64,000 bases of DNA from Planctomycetota bacterium (GTDB lineage: Bacteria > Planctomycetota > B15-G4 > SIAN01), in NCBI GenBank assembly GCA_031409275.1, contig JANNXA010000055.1, forward strand, positions 32,001-96,000, written 5' to 3'. Shown here in pieces: positions 50,225 to 58,893 of this stretch (within the stretch, counting starts at the first letter, position 1; each line of letters starts with the position of its first letter). The notes beneath the pieces are model-generated. The model was not told where the DNA came from. It did no database searches and was given only the letters and a program-made list of their open reading frames with translations. The translations under genes were made by a program, and so were the position numbers.

Positions 50225-51804
50225 GGCCGAACGCGACGAGCACGCGCAAGCTATCGCGCAACGGCGTGCCGCCCGCGACGAAGCGCGTCGCGATCTACAC
50301 GCGCCAGAGCGTCGATCGCGGCGACGAGTACGGCTCGACCGACGCGCAGCGCGAAGCGGTGGCGGCCTACGTCAGCTCGCAGCGCGGCGTTGGCTGGGTT
50401 GCCGTCGAAGCCCGCTACGACGACCTCGGCTTCTCCGGCTCGACGGTCGAGCGGCCGGCGTTCCAACGGCTCCTGCACGATGTCGACGCGGGTGGCGTCG
50501 ACGTGATCGCCGTTTACAAGATCGACCGCCTGTCGCGCTCGCTCCTCGACTTCACGCAGCTGATGCGGCGGTTCGAGCAGAAGGGCGTCGAGTTCGTCAG
50601 CGTGACGCAGCAGTTCAACACGTCGACGTCCGTCGGCCGCATGACGCTGAACTTGCTCGCCACCTTCGCGCAGTTCGAGCGCGAGACGATCAGCGAGCGC
50701 ACGCGAGACAAGATCGCGGCGACGCGGCGGCGCGGTCTCTGGACCGGCGGTCGGCCGGTGCTCGGCTACGACGCCGTCAACGGCAAGCTCGCCGTCAACG
50801 CCGACGAGGCCGCGCGCGTCCGCGCGATCTTCCAGCTCTACCTGGAGCGCGGCTCGCTGCCGACCGTCGTCGAGGAGCTGCGCGCACGCGCCTGGGCGAA
50901 CAAGACCTGGACGAACAAGCACCAGAACCTCGTCCCTGGCCGCGCCTTCGACAAGCTCGGCGTCCGCCGCCTGCTCACAAACCCGCTCTACGTCGGCCGG
51001 ATGACGCTCGGCGACGAGGTCCACGACGGCCAGCACGAGGCGATCGTCGACGCGAAGACGTGGGATGCGGTCCAGGCACTGCTCACGCCGCACGGCCAGG
51101 AGCGGCCGCGCGCGGAACGGAACAAATGGGGCGTGCTGCTGCGCGGGCTGCTGCGCTGCGCGACGTGCGGCTCGGCGATGACGCACCACGTCGCGCACGG
51201 CCGCCGTCGCCGGTACAGCTCTTACGTCTGCGCGAAGTATGCGAAGGAGGGCGCGGCCGCGTGCCCCGGCTCGCGCGTCGCCGTCGGCGAGATCGAGAAG
51301 TACGTCGTCGAGCAGGTCCAGACCGTCGGGTGCGACCCGAAGCTCGTCGTCGCGACGATCGACGCGGCCAAGGCGCGGCTCGCCGCGCGGCGGCCGGAGA
51401 TCGCGGCCTCGTTGGACCAGATCGACCAGGATCGCCAGCGCGCAGAGCGCGAGCGCAAGGACCTCGTCGCGGCGACCCGCAAGGGCGGCGAGGGATCGCA
51501 CGCGCTCGGCGCCCGGCTTGGTGAGGTCGACGAGGCGATCGCCGGAATCGACGCGCGGCAGCTCGACCTCGAAGGCGAGCGCGCGGCGCTCGAAAACGCC
51601 GTGATCGACGGAGCCGACCTGCGCGGCGCGATCTCCGCGTTCGCGCCGGTGTGGGCCGAGCTGACGCCGCGCGAGCGGGCGCGTGCACTCAACCTCTTGA
51701 TCGACCGCATCACGTTCAACGGAACCACCAGCGAGGTCGCGATCACGTTCCGGGCGAACGGGTTCCGCAGTCTCGGCGCTGCCAACAATGGAGGCAACGA
51801 ATGA
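50221..51804 (+). CDS. Large serine recombinase (copy B)
   Basis: AIYTRQS, KIDRLSRS, CATC zinc ribbon; paralog of 16957-18543. Confidence 0.93.
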   Translation: MRPNATSTRKLSRNGVPPATKRVAIYTRQSVDRGDEYGSTDAQREAVAAYVSSQRGVGWVAVEARYDDLGFSGSTVERPAFQRLLHDVDAGGVDVIAVYKIDRLSRSLLDFTQLMRRFEQKGVEFVSVTQQFNTSTSVGRMTLNLLATFAQFERETISERTRDKIAATRRRGLWTGGRPVLGYDAVNGKLAVNADEAARVRAIFQLYLERGSLPTVVEELRARAWANKTWTNKHQNLVPGRAFDKLGVRRLLTNPLYVGRMTLGDEVHDGQHEAIVDAKTWDAVQALLTPHGQERPRAERNKWGVLLRGLLRCATCGSAMTHHVAHGRRRRYSSYVCAKYAKEGAAACPGSRVAVGEIEKYVVEQVQTVGCDPKLVVATIDAAKARLAARRPEIAASLDQIDQDRQRAERERKDLVAATRKGGEGSHALGARLGEVDEAIAGIDARQLDLEGERAALENAVIDGADLRGAISAFAPVWAELTPRERARALNLLIDRITFNGTTSEVAITFRANGFRSLGAANNGGNE

Positions 51805-52142
51805 ACGATCGAGAACCGCTTCCCATCTCAGATGGTCGCGCGACCTACGCCGAGCACGACCGGCGCCCTGCGAAGCCGGCCGCCACGCTCGTTGCGCCTG
51901 ACGTCGTCGTCGAGGATGCACGCGGGCGGGCCTTCCACCTGAGTGCCACGATCGACCGCACCGTGGATGGTTCATACGAGGTCGTCGTGCAGGGCCCGCG
52001 CCCCGATGTTGACGACCGCGCGGCGGTCGCTTGCTTCGGGAGCGATCGCGAAGCGATCGCGGGCGTCCCCGACCTCATGTTCGCTTGGCTCGTCCGCCAC
52101 GGCCGCTCGGTCGGCGCCGAACTTCGGAGGATCACGTCATGA
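51801..52142 (+). CDS. Hypothetical protein
   Basis: GGAGG RBS; ATGA coupling at both ends. Confidence 0.55.
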   Translation: MNDREPLPISDGRATYAEHDRRPAKPAATLVAPDVVVEDARGRAFHLSATIDRTVDGSYEVVVQGPRPDVDDRAAVACFGSDREAIAGVPDLMFAWLVRHGRSVGAELRRITS

Positions 52143-52480
52143 CCGGCCTCACGATCACCGGCCGCCTTTCCCGTCGCACCGTCGGCCGCTCGCCAACAAA
52201 ACCGATCGTGCTGCCTGCCGCGCCGCCGCCTCGCCCGATGCCGACCGGTCCGACCCGCCTCGCCCGCATGCTCGCGCTCGCCTACCACGTCGAGCAGTTG
52301 ATCGACGAAGGCGAGCTACGCGACTTCGCGCAGGCGGCCCGCGCGCTGCGCATCACGCGCGCCCGCGTGTCGCAGATCGCCGATCTGCGGTTCCTCCCGA
52401 CGACAGTGCAGGAGGACATCCTGCTCGGGCGCACGACCACGACAGAACACCAACTGCGTTCCCGCAACAACCCCCATTAG
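52139..52480 (+). CDS. HTH protein downstream of the recombinase (copy B)
   Basis: LALAYHVEQLIDEG..AARALRITRARVSQIADL. Confidence 0.7.
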   Translation: MTGLTITGRLSRRTVGRSPTKPIVLPAAPPPRPMPTGPTRLARMLALAYHVEQLIDEGELRDFAQAARALRITRARVSQIADLRFLPTTVQEDILLGRTTTTEHQLRSRNNPH

Positions 52481-52492
52481 GAGTCAAACCCA

Positions 52493-52939
52493 ATGACCGC
52501 GAAGAGCAAACTGAAGTCTCCGGCCCGTCCACATATCGATGTGGCTCTCAGTTCCAAGATCGACGACGCAATAAACGCGATCGCACGGGCGATCAAGGAG
52601 AAGGAACAGCGACCGAACAAGCCGAAAATCACTGAGGCCGAGCGCATCGCCAAGCTCGTCGCAATGTTGGCCCTCGGCGAGATCAAGTGGTGGTGCGGAC
52701 CGGACCATGGCTTCTGGCATGAAGGGCGCAATGTCAGGAGCACTCTGGTCGCAGCGTTGCGAGCAGTCGGTGCGATGAACTGGTCGGAGATCCTCCGCAA
52801 CGGCCCCTTCAACGACTTGGACGAAAGCGAAGACATCGGTCTATGTTTGCTGGGCTTTGTGAAGGCCAACCGGAACGCGATCCTCGAAGGCAAGTTGCCG
52901 GAAATCGACAACTTGGACATCGCTCGCGGCATGCACTAA
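52493..52939 (+). CDS. Hypothetical cargo protein
   Basis: AGGAG RBS; visibly lower GC; absent from copy A. Confidence 0.55.
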   Translation: MTAKSKLKSPARPHIDVALSSKIDDAINAIARAIKEKEQRPNKPKITEAERIAKLVAMLALGEIKWWCGPDHGFWHEGRNVRSTLVAALRAVGAMNWSEILRNGPFNDLDESEDIGLCLLGFVKANRNAILEGKLPEIDNLDIARGMH

Positions 52940-52974
52940 CGGAGTTGCAGGGGACGATTGACTGCCGGTGAGAG

Positions 52975-53330
52975 TTGAGCTGGCTGGCAGATCCCACCGC
53001 CCGCCTGTCGCACCTGATCTCGGCCGTGACCAAGCACGACGGCGGGGGCTGGCGACTCCCTCCGCCGTCGCGGCGATGCGTCCATCCGGTCTGTCGCAGC
53101 CTCGCGCGCGTGCTCGCGCTCGCCTACTACCTCGACCAGCAGATCGAGGACGGCTTCGTCCGAGACTTCGCGCAGAGCGCCCGCGCGCGAGGCTGTCGCA
53201 GGTCGTCGCGCTGCGGTGGCTGCCGGTGGCGACCCAGGAGGCGAGCCTGACGGGCATGTCGACCGCGACGGAGCGTCAGTTCCGCGCGGCGGCAGGCGCG
53301 CCTTGCAAGTCGCTCGACTCTGAGCCCTGA
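52975..53330 (+). pseudogene. Frameshifted extra copy of the HTH gene
   Basis: LARVLALAYYLDQQIEDG in one frame and RLSQVVALRWLPVATQEA in another; small deletion near 53190. Confidence 0.7.
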
Positions 53331-53338
53331 TCGCGGCC

Positions 53339-53566
53339 ATGACCGACGAACCGCGCCACGAGTCGACGCCGCCGAAGCCGGCAAAGCCCCGCTGCAAGCT
53401 GATCGGCCGGGATTCGAACGTCTTCAACGTGATCGGCCTTGTGCGACGGCGCCTGATCGATGCCGGCCGTCCCGACGCCGCCAGCGAGTTCACCGATCGA
53501 GCGACTCGGGCCAAGAGCTACGACCACGTCCTGCAACTCGTCTTCGAGTACGTCGACCCGTACTGA
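53339..53566 (+). CDS. Small conserved phage-type protein (copy B)
   Basis: Paralog of 18997-19224. Confidence 0.75.
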   Translation: MTDEPRHESTPPKPAKPRCKLIGRDSNVFNVIGLVRRRLIDAGRPDAASEFTDRATRAKSYDHVLQLVFEYVDPY

Positions 53567-53579
53567 CCGGAGCACCGCC

Positions 53580-53825
53580 ATGCCAACGACGACCGAGACC
53601 CTCTACCACTCGCCGGTCACAGGCGAGATCTGCTGCGCCGAACACGCGCCGCACAAGAAGACCGACTGCTGGTGGCGCGATCGCTGGTGCCGAGTGACGC
53701 CGCGCTTCAGGGCGTCGTGGCCGGTCGCAGAGCTGGACGCGCTCCGATGCGAAGTGTGCCGGTCGATCCAGCGGAGGGCGACCGCCGAAGCCAACCGCGA
53801 CACTGACCCCGCCACCGGAGGATGA
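53580..53825 (+). CDS. Small Cys/His-rich protein (copy B)
   Basis: Paralog of 19238-19483. Confidence 0.7.
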   Translation: MPTTTETLYHSPVTGEICCAEHAPHKKTDCWWRDRWCRVTPRFRASWPVAELDALRCEVCRSIQRRATAEANRDTDPATGG

Positions 53826-54148
53826 CCATGCGCATCGGTCCGAACGACAAGGCGCTCTGGGTCGTCGTCGACCCGACGCCTCAGTCGACGCCCGGCGACA
53901 TCGTGTTCCAGGCATCCCTCGCCGACCTCGTGCTGCAGTTCAAGGGCGGGCTCAAGATCGAGCAGAACCCGACGCTGTTCACCGACCGCAAGGAGGCGGA
54001 GATCGAAGCGTTCGGACGCATAACGGCGCTGCGGGCGGCCCGCGCGATCGCGGCGCAGGCGGCAGCCGGACGGCTCCTGCCCGGACCACACCGGCTCGAG
54101 ATCCTCGACGGCGACGGCAAGTTGCTCTTCGGCGCCGACCTCACCTGA
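53822..54148 (+). CDS. Hypothetical protein (copy B)
   Basis: Paralog of 19480-19803. Confidence 0.7.
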   Translation: MTMRIGPNDKALWVVVDPTPQSTPGDIVFQASLADLVLQFKGGLKIEQNPTLFTDRKEAEIEAFGRITALRAARAIAAQAAAGRLLPGPHRLEILDGDGKLLFGADLT

Positions 54149-54158
54149 CGGCGGCGAG

Positions 54159-54746
54159 CTACCGGCCGCCGAGCGCCCGACGCAGAATCCCGACGCGGTG
54201 CGAGAGCAGGTAGCGCGAGAAGTCCCGCTGCGTTCGACCGTGGTAGCCGCGCGTCTGAACGACCTCGTCCGCGTCATCGAACCCGAAGCCGAACATCGAG
54301 TCCGGCTTGCCCTTCGCAGTCCGGATCGACCGCAGCAGCCGGCGCATCTCGCGTTGCGTGAAGACCAGGATCTGCGGCGACCACCAGCTCCCGCGCTCCC
54401 GATGCTGGGCGACGTCAACCGAGGGGTAGAGCGCGACGAGGCAGAAGAAGTCCGCCTCCGGTGGGCAGTCGAAGGTCTTGAGCCAGGTGTAGAAACGGAA
54501 CTGCCGTAACGGCGGACTGCGTGGCGCCCTCGTCGATGGCTTCCGTGAGTACGTGCGCGACGACTTGATCTGGATCGTCTTCGCCCAGGAGTGACGGCCG
54601 CGCCGGCGCACGACGACGAGGTCCACGCCCTTCTGCTGCCGCGAAAGCGGCGTGTGGATCGAGAAGCCGAGCTTCGCCGGCAGCTCTTGAGCGAGCTGTT
54701 GGGCGACCACGAACTCGGAGTAGGGCAGCGTGAAGACTGGGTCCAT
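54159..54746 (-). CDS. Putative PD-(D/E)xK-type nuclease
   Basis: SEFVVAQQL..KGVDLVV..IQIKSSR; GGAGG upstream. Confidence 0.55.
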   Translation of the reverse strand: MDPVFTLPYSEFVVAQQLAQELPAKLGFSIHTPLSRQQKGVDLVVVRRRGRHSWAKTIQIKSSRTYSRKPSTRAPRSPPLRQFRFYTWLKTFDCPPEADFFCLVALYPSVDVAQHRERGSWWSPQILVFTQREMRRLLRSIRTAKGKPDSMFGFGFDDADEVVQTRGYHGRTQRDFSRYLLSHRVGILRRALGGR

Positions 54747-54825
54747 GCGACGAGCCTCCGTCAAAAGGCGATCGGTCCGCCACCCGCTCCGACTGAACCC
54801 GCGCCGAGCCGCGATAGAATCGAAC

Positions 54826-54903
54826 TGCCGCCCGTCTTTCCGGTGTGTCGGACCGCGAAACCCCTTCACGATCCGACCGGGCAGATCGGGGAGGTGGGCG
54901 GCA
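54826..54903 (+). ncRNA. Candidate hairpin small RNA (copy B)
   Basis: 19-bp outer stem fully paired only with G-U wobbles on the + strand; same GCGAAACCCCTTC loop; TAGAAT at 54815-54820. Confidence 0.6.
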
Positions 54904-54980
54904 CTCTCAGCGTGATCAGCGGGCCAACGCGCCAATGAGTTGCGGTGTCGCGTCGCTGCTGCGGACCGCTTCTGCGCTTG

Positions 54981-55304
54981 TCACGACGGCGACTCGGCCG
55001 ACCTCGAGCCGAACGCCGCGAACCGAGCATTCGCCTGCTCGCACCACCGGACATCGCGCGCCGTCACGCCACCTGCATCGTGCGTCGCCACCCGGGCGAT
55101 GAGCCGGCTGTAGACGTTCGTCCAGTCCGGATGGTGGTTCATCGACTCCGACACCGCCGCCATCGAGGCCATGAAGCCGAAGCACGCTGAGAAGTCGGCG
55201 AAGCGGAACCGCCGCACGAGCTTGCCCTTGGTCAACCTCCAGCCGTCCAGTCGTTTCAGAGCCGTCGTGATCTCGGCGGCGGACAGCCTCTTCAGTGACG
55301 GCAT
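54981..55304 (-). CDS. Pterin-4-alpha-carbinolamine dehydratase
   Basis: FRFADF..MNHHPDW.NVY..THDAGGVT.RD. Confidence 0.88.
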   Translation of the reverse strand: MPSLKRLSAAEITTALKRLDGWRLTKGKLVRRFRFADFSACFGFMASMAAVSESMNHHPDWTNVYSRLIARVATHDAGGVTARDVRWCEQANARFAAFGSRSAESPS

Positions 55305-55408
55305 CGTTAACCTCACTCGCGCCGTCGCATTAGCGTCCGGCGGCGACACATCAGCCCTGTTCGACCTCGATCCGCCCGCGCCGCATGTGCGACACCGAGC
55401 GGCGCGGT

Positions 55409-56086
55409 TCAAGGCGTCGACTTGTAGGTGATTGGAAAGGCCGGTCCGGTTGCGCCGGGCGAGGTCATTAGTCCAAGGTGGGTCGCTGTCAAAGTCGCTG
55501 GAGCGACTGGTGCAGCGGGAAGAGCGAGGCCGGAAAGCAAGGGTGTGCTTTGCGCCGCGTAGGCACTCTCCATCTCCGAAAGTCGCGTCGCCATCGTGGA
55601 TGCGAGCGATGATCCAGCCAATACTGCAGGCTTGATCTGGGTGTCGTAGGCGTGTCGAAGGTCGACTGCGAGCTGAACGGCGTCGACAGAAACTGCACCA
55701 GTTGGTGTCCTGACCAGATGCATGGTCGGGGACGACTTCACGATCTCCAAGTTGCCTTTGACGACGAATGCGTGCGCGAGCCCGTGTCGCGCGACCTTGT
55801 AGAGGACAGTTCCGGCAGCCTGTCGCGCCGCGTCGTTCGGGTAAAGGTGACTGCGCCAGAACTCGTCGAATCGATCTGCGCCCCTCGTCGCATCGAATGA
55901 ACTGCTGCTGACGAGATTTCCAAGCAACTCAACGCCAGAGAAGGCAGTCATGATGAGCGGATAGCCGACTGCGCCGTCGGACTGTCCAGGCGGTGGGGAG
56001 GCAGCCTTCAGCGTTTCCAAGTCGGCAAACAAGTAGCCCTCGACGTTTCTCGTGACGAAGGCGGACAGACGAGCGATCATCGACAT
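55409..56086 (-). CDS. Integron cassette ORF, possible HEPN domain
   Basis: Starts just after attC core GTTGGGT with GAGGAG RBS; LYKVARHGLAH Rx4H motif. Confidence 0.65.
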   Translation of the reverse strand: MSMIARLSAFVTRNVEGYLFADLETLKAASPPPGQSDGAVGYPLIMTAFSGVELLGNLVSSSSFDATRGADRFDEFWRSHLYPNDAARQAAGTVLYKVARHGLAHAFVVKGNLEIVKSSPTMHLVRTPTGAVSVDAVQLAVDLRHAYDTQIKPAVLAGSSLASTMATRLSEMESAYAAQSTPLLSGLALPAAPVAPATLTATHLGLMTSPGATGPAFPITYKSTP

Positions 56087-56108
56087 AGCGATACTCCTCA
56101 ACCGTTCC

Positions 56109-56207
56109 ACCCAACGTCGTCCTTCACTTACAAGGGCGCCGGTCCGACGCCACCCGTCTACCGACCACCGTAACGGTGACATCGTCAGGTGCAATCGCAC
56201 GTTGGGC
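56109..56207 (-). repeat. attC site
   Basis: Minus strand GCCCAAC-N5-ATTGCACC...AAGTGAAG-GACGAC-GTTGGGT; 99 bp; homologous to 57242-57334. Confidence 0.85.
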
Positions 56208-56214
56208 AGCGCCA

Positions 56215-57213
56215 TCATGGACGAGTCGTTGGCGAATGAGTTGAGCGGATGACGGCTGGCATCGGTGCGTGCAAACTTGGGTAGCCCACCTCGGCGAGCA
56301 ATCGATGCACTTCTCCCTCCGTTGAAGGAGGTGCGTCAGGACCGACGATGACCTCGGCGAGTGCGATGAGACGACCGTCGACACGTACGCGCAGCGGGGC
56401 AAAGGCCCTTCCATCTTGATGACTGCGACACTGAGCACCCGCCGGAGCGAGCCCAACGATTCGCCACTCTTCCTCTTTCGAGAACTTAGGCTTCTTTGCA
56501 AAAGACTCGGCGTACGCGGCGATCTGCTGCAGTGCCACCCCAGCTATCACCAACGAGTCACCGCTATCAACATGCGGGTACGTGGTAAGGCAACGACGAC
56601 GCAGCGACATCACTTCCATGAACTTTCGCTTCACGCGATTGCGCCACGATCCAGGATCGTAGTCAACTTGCAGGAGTACACGGCCTCCGATGGGCGGCAG
56701 CTCCGCTGGCGCCGGTTCATCACGAATGACCTTGACTCCGAGGCATACGCCCCTGCCCGAGTCTCCGTAGTCGCGCCATTGACTCACCTTGTCGCGAGCT
56801 GAGCAAAAGCAAGCCAAGAATGAGTCGAATGCCTCGGACGCCTTCCATTCAGAGTACTTGTCAAGGAGCATGTCAAGGACCCGCGCGTCGTCTTCTTTCG
56901 GCGTACACTGCCGAAGTTCGGTGGCGACAGCGCGGATGACGTCTCCGGCTGAATCGAGCTCTGCCGGGTCGTCCATGTCCCGATGAATCGTCGCCCAGAA
57001 CTCCTTGCTGGTCAGTATCCCTCGGGCGGATTGAAGCTTCGTGTAATGATAGAGGACGTCAGGCGGCGTCGCGGTGTGGAAGTCCGCGACGATTAGGTCG
57101 AGCTGGTGCTCGAGTTCCGCGATGGTGTTGGGACAGTTGTCCGCCCTTCGCGCGGCCCGCTTTTCCATGCGCCGGCGGCGACGGAGGACCTTTGCGAGTC
57201 GAGCTGTGCCCAT
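56215..57213 (-). CDS. DUF2971 family protein (integron cassette)
   Basis: LYHYT, DDPAE, ACF, SQWRDYG..GVCLG, EEEWR. Confidence 0.82.
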   Translation of the reverse strand: MGTARLAKVLRRRRRMEKRAARRADNCPNTIAELEHQLDLIVADFHTATPPDVLYHYTKLQSARGILTSKEFWATIHRDMDDPAELDSAGDVIRAVATELRQCTPKEDDARVLDMLLDKYSEWKASEAFDSFLACFCSARDKVSQWRDYGDSGRGVCLGVKVIRDEPAPAELPPIGGRVLLQVDYDPGSWRNRVKRKFMEVMSLRRRCLTTYPHVDSGDSLVIAGVALQQIAAYAESFAKKPKFSKEEEWRIVGLAPAGAQCRSHQDGRAFAPLRVRVDGRLIALAEVIVGPDAPPSTEGEVHRLLAEVGYPSLHAPMPAVIRSTHSPTTRP

Positions 57214-57241
57214 CGTCGGCGAGCGGCCCTCTCCAGCGTCT

Positions 57242-57334
57242 GCCCAACGTCGTCCTTAACCTGCGAGGGCGCCGGGCTGACGCCGTTCGACTACCGACCA
57301 CCGTAACGGCGACATCGTCAAGGGCATGTTAGGC
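57242..57334 (-). repeat. attC site
   Basis: Minus strand GCCTAAC-ATGCC-CTTGAC...GGTTAAG-GACGAC-GTTGGGC; 93 bp; overlaps the stop codon. Confidence 0.85.
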
Positions 57335-57892
57335 GGGGAGTGACTGGAGCGCCTTCTCGAGGAGTGCACCAAGGCCCTGACCATCCGCATCAACGTCTTC
57401 AAACATGCGAGTAATGGCTTTGCAGAGTTCGACCTTCGCGCCATGCGAGACAATGCGTGCGCCAGCAAGGGCCATGTTGTGGGCCACCAGAGCGTCCCCA
57501 AGTCGACATGCCGTGGCGACCCGTTCAAAGTAGTGCCCGAGGCGAGTACGTAGTGCAGGATCACGAATCAAGGGTACGACGTCAGTTCGGTTCACTTCCC
57601 ACGTCGTGGTGTCGATGCCGAGATCAAGAATCGCTTCATTGTTTCGTAGCAGATCTACAAGCTGCTTGGAACGACGCGTATTAGATACAACTGCTGCCCT
57701 AATCGATTCAAGTCCAACGCGAAGTCGCGCAAGGGCTTCAACGCCTTCCGCACGCTGTTCATGTGCGAGCATCCAGCGGTTTGTCCACAGCGCGATCGGC
57801 AGACCCAGAATCAAGCCGATGACCGTTGCAACTAGGTTTGGCCAGAAGTCGCGAAGAAAACCACTCCAGTCGAACGCGGCCAAGTCGAACAT
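57329..57892 (-). CDS. Membrane-anchored hypothetical protein (integron cassette)
   Basis: N-terminal TM helix; bounded by GTTAGGC and GCCTAAC. Confidence 0.7.
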   Translation of the reverse strand: MFDLAAFDWSGFLRDFWPNLVATVIGLILGLPIALWTNRWMLAHEQRAEGVEALARLRVGLESIRAAVVSNTRRSKQLVDLLRNNEAILDLGIDTTTWEVNRTDVVPLIRDPALRTRLGHYFERVATACRLGDALVAHNMALAGARIVSHGAKVELCKAITRMFEDVDADGQGLGALLEKALQSLPA

Positions 57893-57910
57893 GTCGCGAC
57901 CCCCGACTCC

Positions 57911-57932
57911 GCCTAACGTTGATTTGGGCAGC
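57911..57932 (-). other. attI-like or first-cassette junction
   Basis: Minus strand CTGCCCAAATCAAC-GTTAGGC; GTTRRRY core complementary to the cassette's inverse core. Confidence 0.5.
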
Positions 57933-58200
57933 TCTCACCTTATCCCGATCGACCGCGTGGCTTCGACGTGGATGCAGGAAGGTGGCAGGCGCCGATCGGC
58001 CAGAGCATTTCGACGGTCATCGGTTGAGACGAGAGGTTGCGGCCCCCGATTCGGCGTTCAGCTGCGACGGCTTGCGACGAGCTGCCTACGACGCGACATC
58101 GGTCAGCGTCGGCGCCTTCTGCCGGCGCGTCCGGCCGGGCTGCCTCACCGGCGACACCGGTGCGAGCGACGTTGGTGCGCTCTTCTGGCGGCTCGGCGAC

Positions 58201-58459
58201 TCAGCGGCTCTGGCGCGCCCGCGTCGGTACCGGCGTCGGATGCTCGCTCATCAGTGCCCACGCCGCCACCAACGCCGCCCTCACGGCCTCCTGCGGGGAA
58301 ACGCCCGTTCGCAGCAACTCCTGGACGACGTGCTGAGCGTGCTGGCGTCGGCCCGCAGAAGCACTTGGACGATCCGTTCGATTCCGGCGGAACAAGGCCG
58401 GTGCGATGCGCACGTTCTGACGGCCGCCAGACGCATCGGCTGCCGGTCAGCGGCTTCAT
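58201..58459 (-). pseudogene. Degraded third copy of the 61702-62136 gene
   Basis: HAQHVVQELLRTGV..AV.AALVAAWAL shared; 5' part missing or out of frame. Confidence 0.55.
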
Positions 58460-58481
58460 TCACACCGCTGCGCCGTTCGCC

Positions 58482-58727
58482 CTACCGTACGCTGCGCTCC
58501 GCACCCGCGAACAGCCGCGTCGGCTTCGTCCCGAGCGCCGCCGCGATCTTGGCGACCATCTTGACCGTCGGGTTCCGGACGCCGCGCTCGATGCCGCTGA
58601 GGTAGGTCCGGTCGATCCCGGACTGGAAGCCGAGCTTCTCCTGCGAGAGGTCGAGCCGCTCGCGGGCACGCCGGACCGCTCGCCCGAAGGCGCGCAGGTA
58701 GGCGGAAGCGGCGGCGTCAAGGTCCAT
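58482..58727 (-). CDS. XRE-family HTH regulator
   Basis: FGRAVRRARERLDLSQEKLG..IDRTYLSGIERGVRNPT. Confidence 0.88.
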   Translation of the reverse strand: MDLDAAASAYLRAFGRAVRRARERLDLSQEKLGFQSGIDRTYLSGIERGVRNPTVKMVAKIAAALGTKPTRLFAGAERSVR

Positions 58728-58893
58728 CCCGGGCACGCACCCGGTGCGTCGAGCATGGTCGACCGGACCGGTGACGTCCGGCCTTGCAAGTCGCGATCAG
58801 GTCGCGTGACATGGCCCGCACTGTCGCGGTGCACGGACGGGGCTGCCTACTTCAGCACGCCGAGCGGCAACGGGTCAACTCGGAGAGAGTCGC

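Noticed and set aside
8106..54148. Complete prophage(s)
   Set aside because: No recognisable portal, capsid, tail or lysis genes in either copy
55305..55408. Third attC after the 55409 ORF
   Set aside because: No RYYYAAC complementary to GTTGGGT and no similarity to the other attC sites
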